Shown: piece after piece, positions 12,370-26,080 of the stretch
Layout of the letters: each line of letters starts with the position of its first letter
How positions within the stretch are numbered: the stretch's first letter is position 1
Source: Chiloscyllium plagiosum
Taxonomy: Eukaryota
Length of the DNA stretch: 64,000 nucleotides
Assembly: GCF_004010195.1 (NCBI RefSeq)
Contig: NC_057751.1
Location: 2,685,984 to 2,749,983, forward strand
Reading direction: 5' to 3'
The notes under the pieces: generated by a model
Told to the model about the DNA's origin: nothing
Seen by the model: only the letters and a program-made list of their open reading frames with translations
The model's database searches: none
Made by a program: the position numbers and the translations under genes

Positions 12370-12554
12370 AAACCTCTACTCAGTGCTGGTGAGAGAAATC
12401 CTGTGTCTCAGTGCCTCTTCTTCAGTGCTGTTTCTGGGCCCTTTATCTCACCTTCCTTTTTTTTAATGTTTCTTCCTCAATCATACATAGTATTTTCTCT
12501 CTTTGAGGATTCACCAGTCACTTCACCAAAGAATGGCTGAATTAGGGAGGCAAT

Positions 12555-13165
12555 AACCTTGTGATATTATCACTGGATTATTAATCCAGAGAACTAGGTA
12601 ATATCCTCGGGACCCGATTCAAACCTCGCTATGACAGATGATGATGGAATTCAAATTCACTAAAAATCTGGAATTAGGAGTCTAATGATGAGGAAGAATC
12701 CATTGCCACTTGTCAGGAAAGCACATCTGGTTCACTCATGTCCTTTAAGGAAGGAAATTGCTGTCCTTGCCTGGTCAGGTTTACATGTAACCTCAGACCT
12801 AAAGCAATCCCAATGCCATCGACTTGGGATGGCATGGTGGCTCAGTGGTTAGCACTGCTGCCTCACAGTGCCAGGCACCCAGGTTTGATTCCAGTGTCAG
12901 ACAACTGTCTGTGTGGAGTTTGCACATTCTCCCCGTGTCTGCCTGGGTTTCTTCTAACAATCAAGAGGTGCAGGTCAGGTGAAGCGTTAGGTGCATTAGT
13001 CAGAGGAAAATGGTTTTGGGTGGGTTACTCTTCTGAGGGTTAGTGTGGACTTGTTGGGCCAAAAGGCCTGTTTCCACACTGTAGGGTATCTAAGTTATTC
13101 TTTGAGATGGGCAATAAATGCTGGCCTCCACAGCATCGCCCTCACTCTGTGAATGAACTTGTTTT
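12555..13165 (+). mobile_element. Second tRNA-SINE family (same as 44880-45230), interrupted by an HE1 copy
   Basis: Shared blocks attatcact..ttaatccag, ggaattaggagtctaatgatga and gatgggcaataaatgctggcct. Confidence 0.7.
12826..13095 (+). mobile_element. HE1-like SINE (nested)
   Basis: ggcatggtggctcagtggttagcactgctgcctcacag...ggcctgtttccacactgtaggg. Confidence 0.92.
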
Positions 13166-13767
13166 TTAAAAAAATCACAAAAGGTTGTTAATAAATTTTA
13201 AAAGCAGGCATTATTTAAAAATTATTTAACATATCTGCAGCATTTGACATTAATGCTATAATTTGTGTTTTCAGACTATACAACTACCTGTACATTGGAG
13301 TAGAAGTCTTGGGTATCCTTAGTTATGGGTCTCACATATACACTATTTGGGAACACACTGGTTCCTTATCCCTAGAGCTCTTCAACTTCCTATGTCTTGT
13401 AAAAACTCCTTTATTTATATTGTTACATAGCAAGTTATCAAATACAACTCTCTCCAGTGTAGTGCAAAAGAGCTCTCTCTTCACATGTACACTCCAGGCT
13501 TGTGTCTTTTCTCTTATTAATGTCAGTCATTTGACCAGTTACATCACCATTATTTGCATGTATCCCACAATTCTAACACAATTAACATAAAGAACTACAA
13601 CGATATTATGCAGTTTCAGTTCGTGTGTGCCTTAATATGATCATTATACAAACCAGAATCTATAAATTTCACTTTAATGTTATTGTTCAATGTTGTCAAT
13701 TTAACTAAAAAATTAGTATTGTCGGAAAAACATTCATTTTATCAAATCCATGAAAGTCTCAAGTATT

Positions 13768-15000
13768 GAAGTCATAAAGTCATGGAGGATGTACAGCACA
13801 GAAACAGACCCTTCGGCCCAACTCATCCATGCCGACCAGATATCTGAACCTAATGTAGTCCTGTTTGCCAGCACTTGGTCCATATCCCTCTTAAACCCTT
13901 CCTATTCATATACCCATTCAAATGCCTTTTAAATACTGTAATTGTACCAGCCTCCACCACTTCCTCTGGCAGCTCATTCCATACACACACTACCCTCTGC
14001 ATGGAAAAGTTGCCCCTTGCGTCCCTTTTATATCTTTCCCCTCTCACCCTTAACCTATGCCCTCTCGGTCTGGACTCACCCACCCCAGGAAAAAGACCTT
14101 GTCTATTTCGCTTATCCATGCCCTTCATGATTTTATAAACCCCTATGAGGTCACCCCTCAGCCTCTGACTCTCAAGAGAAAACAGCCCCAGCCTGTTCAG
14201 CATCTCCCAATAGCTCAAATCCTCCAACACAGGCAACATCCTTGTAGATCTTTTCTGAACCCTTTCAAGTTTCACAACATTTTTACTATAGGAAGGAGAC
14301 CAGAATTGCATGCAATATCCGAAACATGGCCTAACCAATGTCTTGTTCAGCCGCAACATGACCTCCCAACTCTTGTACTCAGTGCTCTGACCAATAAAAG
14401 AAAGCATACGAAATGCCTTCTTCACTATCCTATCTACCTGTAATTCCACTTTCAAGGAGCTATGAACCTGCACTCCAAGGTCTCTTCGTTCAGCAACACT
14501 CCTGAGGACCTTACCATGAAGTGTATAACTCTTGCTAAAATTTGCTTTCCCAAAATGCAGCACCTTGCATTTATCTGAATTCAACTCCATCTGCCACTTC
14601 TCAGCCCATTGGCCCATCTGGTCAAGATCCCCTTGTAATCTGAGGTATCCTTCTTCACTGTCCACTACACCTCCAATTTTGGTGTCATCTGCAAACTTAT
14701 TAAGTATACCTCCTATGTTCATATCCAAATCATTTATACAAATGATGAAAAGTAGAGGACCCAGCACCGATCCATGTGGCACTCCACTGGTCACAGGCCT
14801 CCAGTCTGAAAAATATCTCTCCACCACCACCCTCTGTCTTCTGCCTTTGAGCCAGTTCTGTATCCAAATGGCTAGTTCTCCCTATATTCCATGTGATCTA
14901 ACCTTGCTAATCAGTTTCCCATGGGGAACCTTGTTGAACATCTTACTGAAGTCGATTTAGATCCTGTCCAACTCTCTGCTCTCATCAATCCTCTTTGTTC
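13768..15000 (-). mobile_element. 5'-truncated CR1 LINE with a 326-codon open RT segment
   Basis: ORF 13850-14830: VTSGVPHGSVLGPLLF, FADDTK, KCKVLHFG, RDLGVQV. Confidence 0.96.
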
Positions 15001-16389
15001 AAATGTTGAATATTTATAAAATACATGTTCACTCTGATCACAGTAATGGAATGGTTTAAATTCAAAAGATATTTTTTAGGTATAATGGTATTTAATTTGT
15101 GGTACTAAACCTTTGAGGTCCTCCAATGAAACCATCTCTCTCCAAGCCACACTCCATCCTGACTTGGAAGTATGTTACCATTCCTTCAGTGTCACTGGGT
15201 CTAATCCTGGAACTCCTTTGTTAGCAGCATTGTGGCACTACTGACACCCTCAGAACTGTAGCCATTATTCGGTGATTATATTGGTTTCCTTCGTTCAGAG
15301 ACCAAGAATCACAATCAACACATTTTTACACCAAATCCATCACACTTATTGAGAATTCTAAACAAATGCTTTTAATTGAAAGACACAGTTTCTCCACAGA
15401 TTGTCAACTTCAAATGACTGGATGAATTGTGGGATGGAGTTATGTGTGGACTAGAGTTGGCAGATCTTCCTCTCTATTTTTCTTGTGCTGTTTCACAAAT
15501 TAGCACGGATATTGACTTCAGTTTGATGACTTGTTGTGACTCTATGTGCACACTCGACCACCAGTTTGTTTGTCCAGCATTAGAACTACAAAACTCGGAG
15601 ATCTGACTCCATTCACTAATGTACAATGACTCAAGGAGAAGGCAACATGCACAGTTATTGTGAGAGACTCTGTGCCATTGTCAAACTTGCTCCTATGACT
15701 GTACTTGTACTGTATGCTTGTGACTGTACTTGATAATCACTTTCGCATCAAAATCAAGCGTGATATCAGAAAAATAAGTGGTAATTTTTCCAGAGGTGTA
15801 ATGTGAGCAAGTAACAACAAAAATGAGCTTTACTCGGCTCATCATGGCATCTATTGGAGACAATCTCAAGATTGCATCTCCCTTGAAAGTCTCATCTGCT
15901 AAAGTGGAGACCAGTTTCACCACCAGCTGCTGAATCTCCAATACTCCTGTGTTACTCTCATCTGATTTGCAACGAATGAACATTGGCCATGGGTCTCTGT
16001 GGCTGATGCAATTTACATGAGTTCTGTGAGCTCAGTATATTTCTCAGAGTCCTGGGACACCTGGGCAGAAAGGACAGCAGTAAATAAGTACTGCAGCTCA
16101 CAGTCAAACTCTGAAAATTTTACACAACTGGCCAAATTTTACTCCTCCTGTGGGTATGACAGTAAATTCTTCTTCCTGAACAACAGGCTCTGTGAAAGAT
16201 GCTGGCATGTGAACATTCTGCTTGGAATTTCAATCCCTTTCAAGCCACACTGAGAAACACAATTATTCTCTCGACAGTGAGGCGTGTGTTCTCGAAAGTT
16301 GTTAAATTGAGTCTGTCTACTAGTAAGTATTGTATTCAGTGAGATTGTGGCACATCCATAGTTTTACATGATACATTAAAAATGAATGA

Positions 16390-17450
16390 ACGTAAATGAT
16401 TGTACATTTCTGAACTTGAGTGCAAGTTTTTAGTCTGAAATCTCAACATGTTTTTGACACAACATTTGGTCAGGAACCATTGTTGGCCTTCACTGTCAAG
16501 CCTCAGTTCACTCTGCCGTCTCAGCAGAGTCAGGTGGTCACCATCCACATGTACAACTCTGGATTCTTGTGGGTTATGTGTTCATATTCCTTGCTGCATA
16601 CATTAAGTCAGTTACAAACAGCACAGAAGTGAGGGAGCCATTTGGCATCTGGTTGAACTAACAGCCACTCAGGGTGATGTTGAAAGTGGATGTTAATGGA
16701 AGCATACTCCACCCTCCTTTCAGATATGCCATTGGAGGAAACCAAGGCTAACTGGTGAATGAAGGGCAGCATAGAGTGTGCTGCGCCTATGATAAAACTG
16801 GACAGATAGCCATCAATTGCTGGACAACTTTCTGTCAGAACTGCAAGCTGAAGAGCCTGCAAACAGGTGCAAGTTATGCAAATAGTGTGGGGAGGTTAGC
16901 CACCAATACAAGGCCTCTCCCCTGTGCATGTGATCAAAATAGGAAATACAAGCAGAGCTGGCTCTAAGAAGATTCACACTCACACAGCCCACAACCAATA
17001 TGACTGTCCGAGCCATAATAAGAACATTTCAGAATTTTAAAACCCCTACCTCCTGCAGAGAAAAGCTGAGCCGATGGAAGAAGAGGCAGCAGCAGAAGAA
17101 GAGAGGGAGTGGCAAACAGTGAGAAGAAGGAAATACAAGCAGAGCTGGCTCTAAGAAGATTCACACTCACACAGCCCACAACCAATATGACTGTCCGAGC
17201 CATAATAAGAACATTTCAGAATTTTAAAACCCCTACCTCCTGCAGAGAAAAGCTGAGCCGATGGAAGAAGAGGCCGCAGCAGAAGAAGAGAGGAGTGGCA
17301 AACAGTGAGAAGAATAAACTTAGAAGGAAAACACAAAATAAGAATAAATGTACAATCCAAGCAAACATGGAGAGGCTACAGATGCCTTAATGAGACACCA
17401 GCAAATGCTCCTCCTTGAATGAGGAGGGTCAGGAAAGCTGCAGCCAGCAA
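16390..17450 (+). mobile_element. Degenerate L1-Tx1 clade ORF1 (zinc-knuckle gag-like, ZCCHC3-related)
   Basis: Across frames: VVTIHMYN, EVREPFGIW, and GQHRVCCAYDKTGQIAINC...CQNCK (decayed CCHC knuckles), then a basic low-complexity tail. Confidence 0.65.
16941..17313 (+). repeat. Tandem duplication of 187/186 bp
   Basis: 16941-17127 and 17128-17313 differ by one substitution and one 1-bp indel. Confidence 0.95.
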
Positions 17451-17469
17451 AATAAGGAAATTAGGAATT

Positions 17470-17710
17470 TGTTGTCTTTCAGGATAGTGAATCTGTGGAA
17501 TTCTTTTCCAGAGAGGGCTGTAGAAGTTGAGTCATTATGTATATTCAACGCAGAAACAGACAGATTTTTAATCACTAATGGAATCAAGGGGTGTATTAAA
17601 AGCCAAGAAGGAGGTGTTGAGGATGATGAAATCAGCCTTGATCCCAATGATGAAATCAGCCTTGATACCTGAGCAGACTCAAAAGGCCAAAGGGCCGACT
17701 TGTGTTCCAC
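17470..17710 (+). mobile_element. Old CR1 3' end with an internal 20-bp direct repeat
   Basis: RIVNLWNSFP.RAVE...FNAETDRFL; atgatgaaatcagccttgat occurs at 17623 and 17647. Confidence 0.75.
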
Positions 17711-18349
17711 ACTTGATGGTGAAACTAGATGCCATGTGGTCAATGGTGCACAATGTAACTGCACCTGATTGAGGCCTGTCTGTTCCAGGTTGAATTCTTG
17801 CCGTATCCCAAGAATTCACAATCAGATTCATTGACATCAAATTGGTACTCTTTCCTAAATATTCCCTCCTACTAGCAAAATACCACCTACAGGAAGTAAA
17901 GGGCAGGGGAACATGGAAGCTGAAGGTGAAACTATTGACTGCAGAAAACATCAAGAATCTCAAGAGATTGCATAGAAGTGTCATACCCCTATTTGAGTAT
18001 TCCAGAATACTGTTGGAAATCTTCATTCTTGAAAGCATGAGAGAGATAGGTAGAAATGTCCCAACTCAAGAAAAACAGCATTCGCTCCTGCTTTAAGTGA
18101 TGGGGGGGTTCATGTCAAGGAGAATCTCTCGGAGGTAAGGCACCAACAAGCCTCGCTCTTTGTCTCAGAAAGCTACAAGGTAACCTTTCAGTTTGGGATC
18201 TGCTTATTGAACCAGGATGAGATGTGCTTGTGTTTCACCTTTCTGATCTTCCCCATGAGTTTTTATATTATTCAACTATTTTGCAGAATGGATCACAGTC
18301 CTTGAATTATCGAGTCTGAACAAACAACAAAGAGATGGAATGGAAGGAG

Positions 18350-18617
18350 AAGCACACTAGCATTTGAGTCTGAAAGTTGTCAGCTCATAATCACATTTGG
18401 AGACATTAGCACCAAAACTTAGATTGACACTTGAGCACAGAGGGTGTGCTGCATTGGAGATAGAATCTTTCAGATGATGAGTTAAATCAAAGCTCCATTT
18501 GCTCTGTTAGGTAACAGATCACATGGCACTGTTTTCAAGGAAAAGAGGGGGTATTCTCAATAGTGGCCTTGTCAATATTACTCCTGTAACTAATATCTGA
18601 AACAAATTATTCCATCA
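18350..18617 (+). mobile_element. Deu-domain SINE
   Basis: tctttcagatgatgagttaaatcaaagc...gatcacatggcactgtttt...aagagggggtattctc (Deu core). Confidence 0.7.
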
Positions 18618-18619
18618 AT

Positions 18620-18717
18620 GCCAAAAACAGAAATTGCTGGAAAATCTCAGCAGGTCTGGCAGCACCTGTGGAGAGAAATCAGAGTGAATGTTTTGGATTC
18701 AGTGACCCTGCTTCAGG
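18620..18717 (-). mobile_element. Penelope pLTR fragment, family D
   Basis: caaaaacagaaattgctggaaaatctcagcaggtctggcagcacctgtggagagaaatcagag...gtgaccc; related copies near 1465, 42410, 46215, 52155 and 63835. Confidence 0.75.
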
Positions 18718-19239
18718 ATGAGAGTTTTATTCAATCAACGCTGTTTGTACAGGTTTGCTTACCACAAGTTGGATGCTGCGATTCCAACAGACGTAATTCC
18801 ACTTGGAAACTATTCTTCGACTGAATGGCTTGAAACTCGAAAATATACTTCACTGGGGTCTACAAAATCCATAACAGAAATTTTATTTTACACTAATGAA
18901 TATATAGTTGAGTACACCAGGATATTTCTGTATATCATTTCATGAATGCTTCCTGAATGAAACATTTCACCAGGCAGCATGGGACTCTTCAGTTGCCTTC
19001 TTCAGTTGCTATTTATTCAGCATTGCATCAAATCAGTGTGTGAGGGGATAATTCTTGCAAACATAACTGAGAAAGAGATGGGGTCATGTGGTGCAGTGCT
19101 GGAAGATTGAAGATGAAGCCTGACCTTGCACAGAGATGTGCTGTGACATTTCAGAACTTGATTTTAAAAAGACACTGAGACAGGGTGCAAACTGTCAAAG
19201 AAGGTTGATTCGATTAATACTTGGGTGAACAGATCGCCT

Positions 19240-19650
19240 TATGAGCAAAGACTAGATGAGCAAGGCCAGTATCCTCTGGAGTTTAGAAAAGTCAGAGGTG
19301 ACTTTGTTGAAAGATGTAAGAACATGAGAGAATTTGATCAGGTTGGGTATTTCCTCTTGTGGGAGAACCTAGAACTTGTATTCATAGTTTAAAAATAAGG
19401 GGTCATCCATTTCAGTCAGAGCAGGAAAAATATCTCTCTTGCGTGCATTTGGAATTTTCTTCCTCAAAAGGCATTGGATGCAGAATCTTGAAATCATTTT
19501 AAGGCTGAGGTAAATAGATTCCTGATTGCCAAGGTGGTGAAAAAATTATCAGGTACGTGCAAAACTATAGATTTGAAATTAAAAGCAATTTATTCATGAT
19601 CTTAATGAATGGTGTATCAGGCTCAAAGGACCAACTGACCTAATCCTGTT
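19240..19650 (+). mobile_element. Old CR1 3' end
   Basis: cttatgagcaaagactag...tctggagtttagaaaagtcagaggtgac...tttggaattttcttcctcaaaaggc. Confidence 0.75.
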
Positions 19651-20149
19651 CTTTGGCCTTGAATGTGTAATGTGAATCCCAGTTCTTTAACACCCTCAAC
19701 AACACTGAACTGAACTTGCAAAAATATGGGAGTATTTTTCATAAGATTAAGTATCCATGAAATTTTAATTATGTGCAAGAAGCTGTCGCTGCAAATGGGT
19801 GAAAGTTTTCCTGCATACATCTGGATGTGCTGGTTTCTCTTCCATCCGTTTTATTTTGGGAGAGATCCTGTTATCTCTTGCTGATAAGGATTTGCATGCT
19901 GTGCATTCAGCTGTTTACTGCACACTGAGATTTTGAAAGATGACAGAGTCGGAGAAGATGTTGTGAGAGGAATATGGAATTGAATTGATATTGTGTCAAA
20001 CACACTGTCACTCAAAAGTGCTTTTTATTTTCTTTACAAACTGCTAGATTGATTCTGCTTCCTTGATGTTCGTCAGTGAACCACCAAGAAAAACCCTCTG
20101 CGAGATCAGTTGTCGATACACTGGCTGTGAAGGCAAGTGTCAGCAGTGT

Positions 20150-20410
20150 GCTGAAAAGTTGCTGAGGGAGGCAAGGGAGGAGATATCAGGTGCCCTGGCA
20201 GCAATTTTCAAATCCTGTCTGGCCACAGGTGAGGTGCCAGAGGATTGGAGGACTGCTTACGCTGTTCCATTATTAAAAAAGAGGAGAACAGATAGACTAG
20301 GAAATTCAAAGCCAATCAGTCTACCTTGTGTGGTGGGGAATATCTCTGCACTTAGAGAGGCAAGGATAATCAGCATGGATTTGTGAAAGGTAGATTTTGT
20401 TCAATAAAGT
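20150..20410 (+). mobile_element. CR1 ORF2 fragment
   Basis: LLREAREEI.GAL..IF...LATGEVPEDWRTA..VPL.KK. Confidence 0.85.
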
Positions 20411-20574
20411 TGACCTATTTGGTTGGCAGATTACATGAAGTCTGTGTCCTCTTGCTCTCAGTTTCCTGTTTCTGCTGTTGGACATGTGGTTCACCATCTT
20501 ACTTTGTTGGCCCTTAGTTCTGGTCTGCCTGAATTGGTGTTTACATTAACCAGTCATTTTGAAGTGTTCTTTAT

Positions 20575-21610
20575 ATTCATTGGTTGGTCTAGCAGGTACT
20601 GCCCACTTCTAATGAGCCTTGAAAGAGTGGTGGTGAGCTGCCTTGTTTAATTTCTGTGGTTCATGCACTGTTATGGAGGGAATTCCAGGTTGTTAATCCA
20701 GCAACAATGAAGGAACGACAATATATTTCCAAGTCAGGATGGTGAGTCGCTTTGACAGGAACCTGCAGATGATATATCTGCTGTCATTGTCCTTCAAGAT
20801 GGAAGTGGTCATGAGCTGGGAAGTGCAGTCTCAGGAGCCTTGGTGAATTTCTGCATCACCTCTTGTAGGTGGTATACACAAACTACTACTGAGTATCAGT
20901 AATGAAAGGAGTAGGTATTTGTGGATGTGGTGCCAGTCAAGTGGGCTGCTCTGTCTCCTATGATGTCAAACTTCGGAGTGTCATTAGAACTGCATTCATC
21001 CAGACAAGTGGAGCCTTTTCCATGACACACCTGGTGTGCCTTTCAGATGGTGGACAGGCTTTTAGGAGTTAGGAGGTGAGTGGCTCGCTGCAGTATTCCC
21101 AGCCTCTGACCTGCTCTTGTAGCCACTGTGTTTATATTGTGAATCCAATTGAGTTTTGGACCATCGTAACACCTGGGATGTTGACAGTGGGGGATTCAGT
21201 GATTGTAACACCACTGAATATCCAGGGGTGATTGTTGGATTGTCTCTCATTGGATATGGCCATTGCTTGGCATCTGCATGGTACAAATTTTACTTGCCAC
21301 TTGTCAGCCCAAGCCTGGATTTTGTCCAAGTTTTGCTGCATTTGGACATGAACTGCTTCAACATCTGAGGAGTCACAAATGATGCTGAACATTGTGTAAT
21401 TCTTGGTGGACATCCCCACTTCTGACCTTAAGATGGAGGGTAGGTCATTGCTGAAGCAGCTGAAGATGGTTGGGCCTAGGGCTCTACCCTGAGGAACACC
21501 TGCAGAGATGTCCTGGAGCTGAGGTGACTGACCTCCAACCACCACAACTGTTTTCTTTGTGCTTGGTACAACTCCAACAAGTGGACAGTTTTCCCATTGA
21601 CTCTAGTTTT
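20575..21610 (-). mobile_element. CR1-group LINE (second family), RT and 3' end
   Basis: ORF 21132-21545: ISAGVPQG..LGPTIFSCF.NDLP...IQAWADKWQV.F. Confidence 0.88.
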
Positions 21611-21634
21611 GCTTAAGCTGCTTGAAGTCACACT

Positions 21635-21860
21635 TAGAGTGATAGAGTTATACAGCACAGAAACAGGCTGTTCGGCCCAACCTGCCCAGGTTTCCTGAAC
21701 TGATGCTCCCATATGTTTGTGTTTGGCCCATTACCCTCTAAACCTTTCCTATCCATGTACCTGTCCAAATGTCTTTTAAATGTTGTGATTGTAATCACCT
21801 TTACCACGTCCCCTGGCAGACTGTTTCACATACTCATCACTCCCTGTGTGAAAAAGTTGA
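21635..21860 (-). mobile_element. CR1 3' tail fragment
   Basis: gatagagttatacagcacagaaacaggc...aaacctttcctatccatgtacctgtccaaatg. Confidence 0.85.
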
Positions 21861-23519
21861 TCAAATGCTGCCTTCATGTTAGGGCGGTCGCTCTGACCTC
21901 ACCTTTGGAATTCAGTACTTTTGTTTATATTTTAGAACCAATGAGGTATCATGCTCCTTTTGAAGCACCTTGTGCCATTTTACATTGAGAAAGGTGAGGT
22001 CTAAATGCAAGTTGTCGTTGTTACTTTCCAGTTGACAATGTGGTCCCAGGTAATGCGATTGGTTTGCTGCCCAATGATTTATAATTGACTCTCCCGAAGC
22101 TTGGAGCTAACCCGTTTTTCAGGACTAGATTCAAATCCTGGTCCCAAACGTGAATTGTCTCTGTTCAGCCGTGATGCAAAAGATCTGCTATAAAGACACT
22201 TTCCAGTGAAGCAGCAATTGCACAAACAGGATTAACCAATTTGAACATGGTTCATACTCCAACATCAGCAGTAATACAAATAAGCATGCATGCAGAAACA
22301 ACTTAAATTGACACATAACTCCCAAGTAAAGTCCCAAGTGTCAGAAGGTATTGTGTTTTACACAGCAGTGGGACATACTTGAAGAAATAGAATCTTCCAG
22401 AGGCTGGAATGGAAGCAACATCATTTTCTCTGAAAGTGGCATATGGTCTTTGCAATGAATCAGACAGGGGAACTGAGGTCAAACAGACAGTGTTGAAAGT
22501 CAAGCCCTGAATTCTGCTATCCTCTGTGACCAGTGAAAGGAAGTTGTCAAACAGATCAGAGCACAATGTTTGTATGTTTGATCATTGGAGTCCAGCTGCC
22601 ACGTTCTGTCTTGATAGACTGGCACAGGCTATTTCTTCAAGGACCTCTCCAGTTTTCATTTGAGATTTGTCACTGTCTCTGATTCCATCACTTCCATAGG
22701 CAACAAATTCCAGGTCATTACCAATCACTGTGTAAAATGTCACTCTTCTTCATGTCCCTTGTCTGTCTCCTGCCACAAACCTCAATCTCTGTCCTCTCAC
22801 ACTGTACTCCCAAATGAAAAGGAGCAGCTTGACATGGTTTGGTGACTGCTTTTGATCTTTTTTGGTGGTAACAGACTTCCTCATAGAGACACCAGAAGAG
22901 GAACAGCTTCCCTCACTATCTGGCTCATGCTGTAGAGTAGCATTTCATGATCAGCAACAGGCCAACCATTCACCAGATGTGTGGTCTGTAAGTTAATATA
23001 CAATATGCTCCCATAACAACACATCTGGTTTAACTAACTGCACCATTGTTAGATGCACAGTAACATTGTGATTGTAAGCAACATAACCAATCTGGGAATG
23101 ATTCTTCCTGGCTCTTGTAACTCCAGATGGGCCTCTGGGTGAATGCCAGATTTGACTAAAGTCCATAAAACCCATTCCAGAACACACACAGGCTGTTGTG
23201 CAAGTGGTGTCACCTGAGATACTGTGGAGGGAATAGGAAACCCAAATGTCTGCAAAACAACTATATTCATGAAACTCAGATATGCTTTCGACAAACAAGG
23301 AACAGGAATGAATATTTATCTTGACTCCACTCTGTGCAAACTTTGTAAACTTATATCAATGTGCAGTTATAATCATTTTATGTGCAAATGTGAGCATGTA
23401 CATTCCATACACTGTTCCTCAGACTGAAAGCTATTAACTGCACTAAACTCTGCTGAAGATGCATGTATTTTTGATAAATAAATAGACCTATTTCTTCTTC
23501 CTCCTCTCTGTCAGCCTGA

Positions 23520-23730
23520 GGCTGTCAAAATTCTGCTGCTTGTGTCCCAATTCCTATTTCCAAGTTTAGTTCACCCATCACCCCTGTGCTCAGTGACCTC
23601 CATTGACTCTTTAGTTGGAAAAATGTCAATGTTAAAAATTGCCATCTTTGTTTTAAGATCCCTTTCTGAGCTCACCCTTCTGTAATCTCTGCCAATCCTC
23701 TGAGAACCCTGTGTTTCTCCAATCCAATGA
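23520..23730 (+). mobile_element. L2 LINE fragment
   Basis: caaaattctgctgc...cacccatcacccctgtgctcagtgacctccattgactc encodes QNSAA...PITPVL.DLH.L. Confidence 0.65.
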
Positions 23731-25669
23731 GTTTAAGCCAGTCGAATATTCATTCTGTTCTTTTAAAACAATTGTAAAAAACAGCGAGTGTGTCCGGAGC
23801 AGGCGTCTTAACAAAAGAAAAACTATGAAGTCAATGAAGCTGACCATGAAATCTGAGTAAAGTTGAATTAAAATATAATTTCTGGGGATCACAATGCACC
23901 CTAGCCCATGTGAGCCACTGGCCATGAAAGTCCTGTAGTGTGCTGGTCAGCTCCACTAGCTCCCTCACCTGGACACCTGAATGCAGATGGCACATGCAAG
24001 TGAACAGACAGACCAATAATCATCAGTCCTTCTTGGCCAAATGCCTTGATATAATGGTGGCAATCCTGATCATGACAACTCACTTGGTAAATAAAAATTC
24101 TCTTCTTCTCCTTTCGAGTTTTGTGATCTTAAGTCTGGTTCTCCAGTTACTGACTGAGACATTCCAATTAACTTTAATATTTCTGTAGATATATGAATGT
24201 ATGTATGTTATATCCACATGTGTGGCTATCTTTCTATTCTGATTACAAATGCTAACAGGAGCATTTATAATGAAAATAGCTCAAATAAAAGTGACACATT
24301 GTGATTGTACACCCTTCTCTGCAGGGCAGGGTGTAGTTTATTCTTGGGGTCAAGATGAGAGTGGCTATGTATAATTACAAGATGACAAGGGCACACAATG
24401 AGTCTCCTTAATATGTGTGGGCAGAACAATTTCAAAGTATAAATGGAGTTACAAGGAATCAATCTGTGAATTAGATCTTTGGCAGGAACAGTTTCTACTT
24501 GGTGAGGAATCTGCAATCTCTGCTCAAATTGCACCCCAGAATATGGCCTTTGTCAGAGCTGTCTTTTGTCCTTGTGTTTCCACTCAAATTTGCCTATCAA
24601 CACAATCAGGCACCATTTTAAATGTCATCCTTCTTCAAAAGTCTTCCTTTTAAAAAGCATTGCTTGATATGTTTAAGAGTGGTAGCTATAGAGTAAACGA
24701 AATAATACTTTCATCAATTATGACTTCAATCATTTTCAACAATAATTGCAGAGTCAGCTGACAATCATTGATCTTGCTTAAGCCATAAAGCTGTGCTGGT
24801 TACGTTGAAATTAACACTCTTGGAAGATAGAAAGGGTTACACAGAGTTTGTACAGATTCTTCATTTGTGTTGCAGCCTGGGAAGAGAGTTGGATCATGGT
24901 CATGATAATCGATGGATATTTGTTCTGTGAAATAGATGCAAGTGAGAACAACATGCCAGTTTTTAAAAGTGTTTCTTCAAAATAACAAATCCATAAATGC
25001 TGTGAACCATACTTGTGCTTTGTATCACTTGCTATGCAGCTGTGGTTCCAACAGAGCACTTTTAACTGCAACTCTCTATGGGAATATTATTTCCAAACAC
25101 AATTCTGCAATGTTGATCGAAGATATTTAATACCACTCTCTGGATTTATACTCATAATTTAAATTAATCTCCAGAGCACAGTGACACCACAAAACCTTTG
25201 AGAGCAATATCCCCACACCTGTAGAGCATTCAACCCCCAATTATTTGTTGCATATTCGTGTAAATATGCATTAAGAAAGGAATTGACATCTGCTCATTCT
25301 TCCAGCAAGTTTAGGCTTCCTCAAAACCTATTCCATGTGACATTGTTCCCCGCAGCCACAAGATAGGAAAAGATCTAATCTCTTGTTTTTTCAGGAAACT
25401 TTGTTGAAGAATAGCCATCTGAAATAGAGAGGGAGGAGAAAGCTTAGGATTGCCAAGAAGGCAATGCTATTGAAATGAAGAGGTCAACATAGAGTTAACA
25501 TGTCAAACCCATTGATTGAAGTGATTTGATCATTTTGCGTTTGGAGCTCCATTTTTGTGACCAGGTTATGGATGACTTCTAAGTCTGTGATCTTCAAATA
25601 TTAATTAATCCAATTTCTTGATAAGTTTAAAGCCATGATTGAGTGCAACAATGTAAATCATAACCAGAA

Positions 25670-26080
25670 ACCTCCACTCAACACCTTTCTGCTGGCTTGT
25701 GTCCTCACAGCTATCAATCCCCCACATCTGCTGACTGAAGAAAACCCACAAGCTGATCAAAACAATCAGTGCTATACCTCACTTAGTCCTCCATGATGAC
25801 CCATTCAATCAACCTACGACCCAACCATATGGAACAAACTTCCTGAGCAAGATGTACCAGCAGACATCCTTTGGATCAGGGAATTGGAAACTCCTTGTGA
25901 CAAAATCCATCTGTTGACTAGTTGGCTTGCAGAGCCAGCCTCCATCTATCGGCCACAGCACAAACCACATACTGTGCTTATGCAGAGAAAAAACAATGCA
26001 GCATATTACCAGGGAGAGTCCACTCCATAGTGAGGACTCATCATTGCCAACACAGAAAATGAAGAGACAATCACTTGCAT
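25670..26080 (+). mobile_element. Probable RTE-X LINE C-terminal fragment
   Basis: Frame pieces WL.VLTAINPPHL, PTTQPYG and CLCREKTMQHITRESPL resemble the RTE-X motifs WLPVL..IAPP and C.CG..QTM.HI..ECP. Confidence 0.45.

Noticed and set aside
13850..14830. 326-aa RT ORF as a functional or domesticated gene
   Set aside because: It is part of a 5'-truncated CR1 copy with substituted motifs (PHG for PQG) and a frameshifted end.
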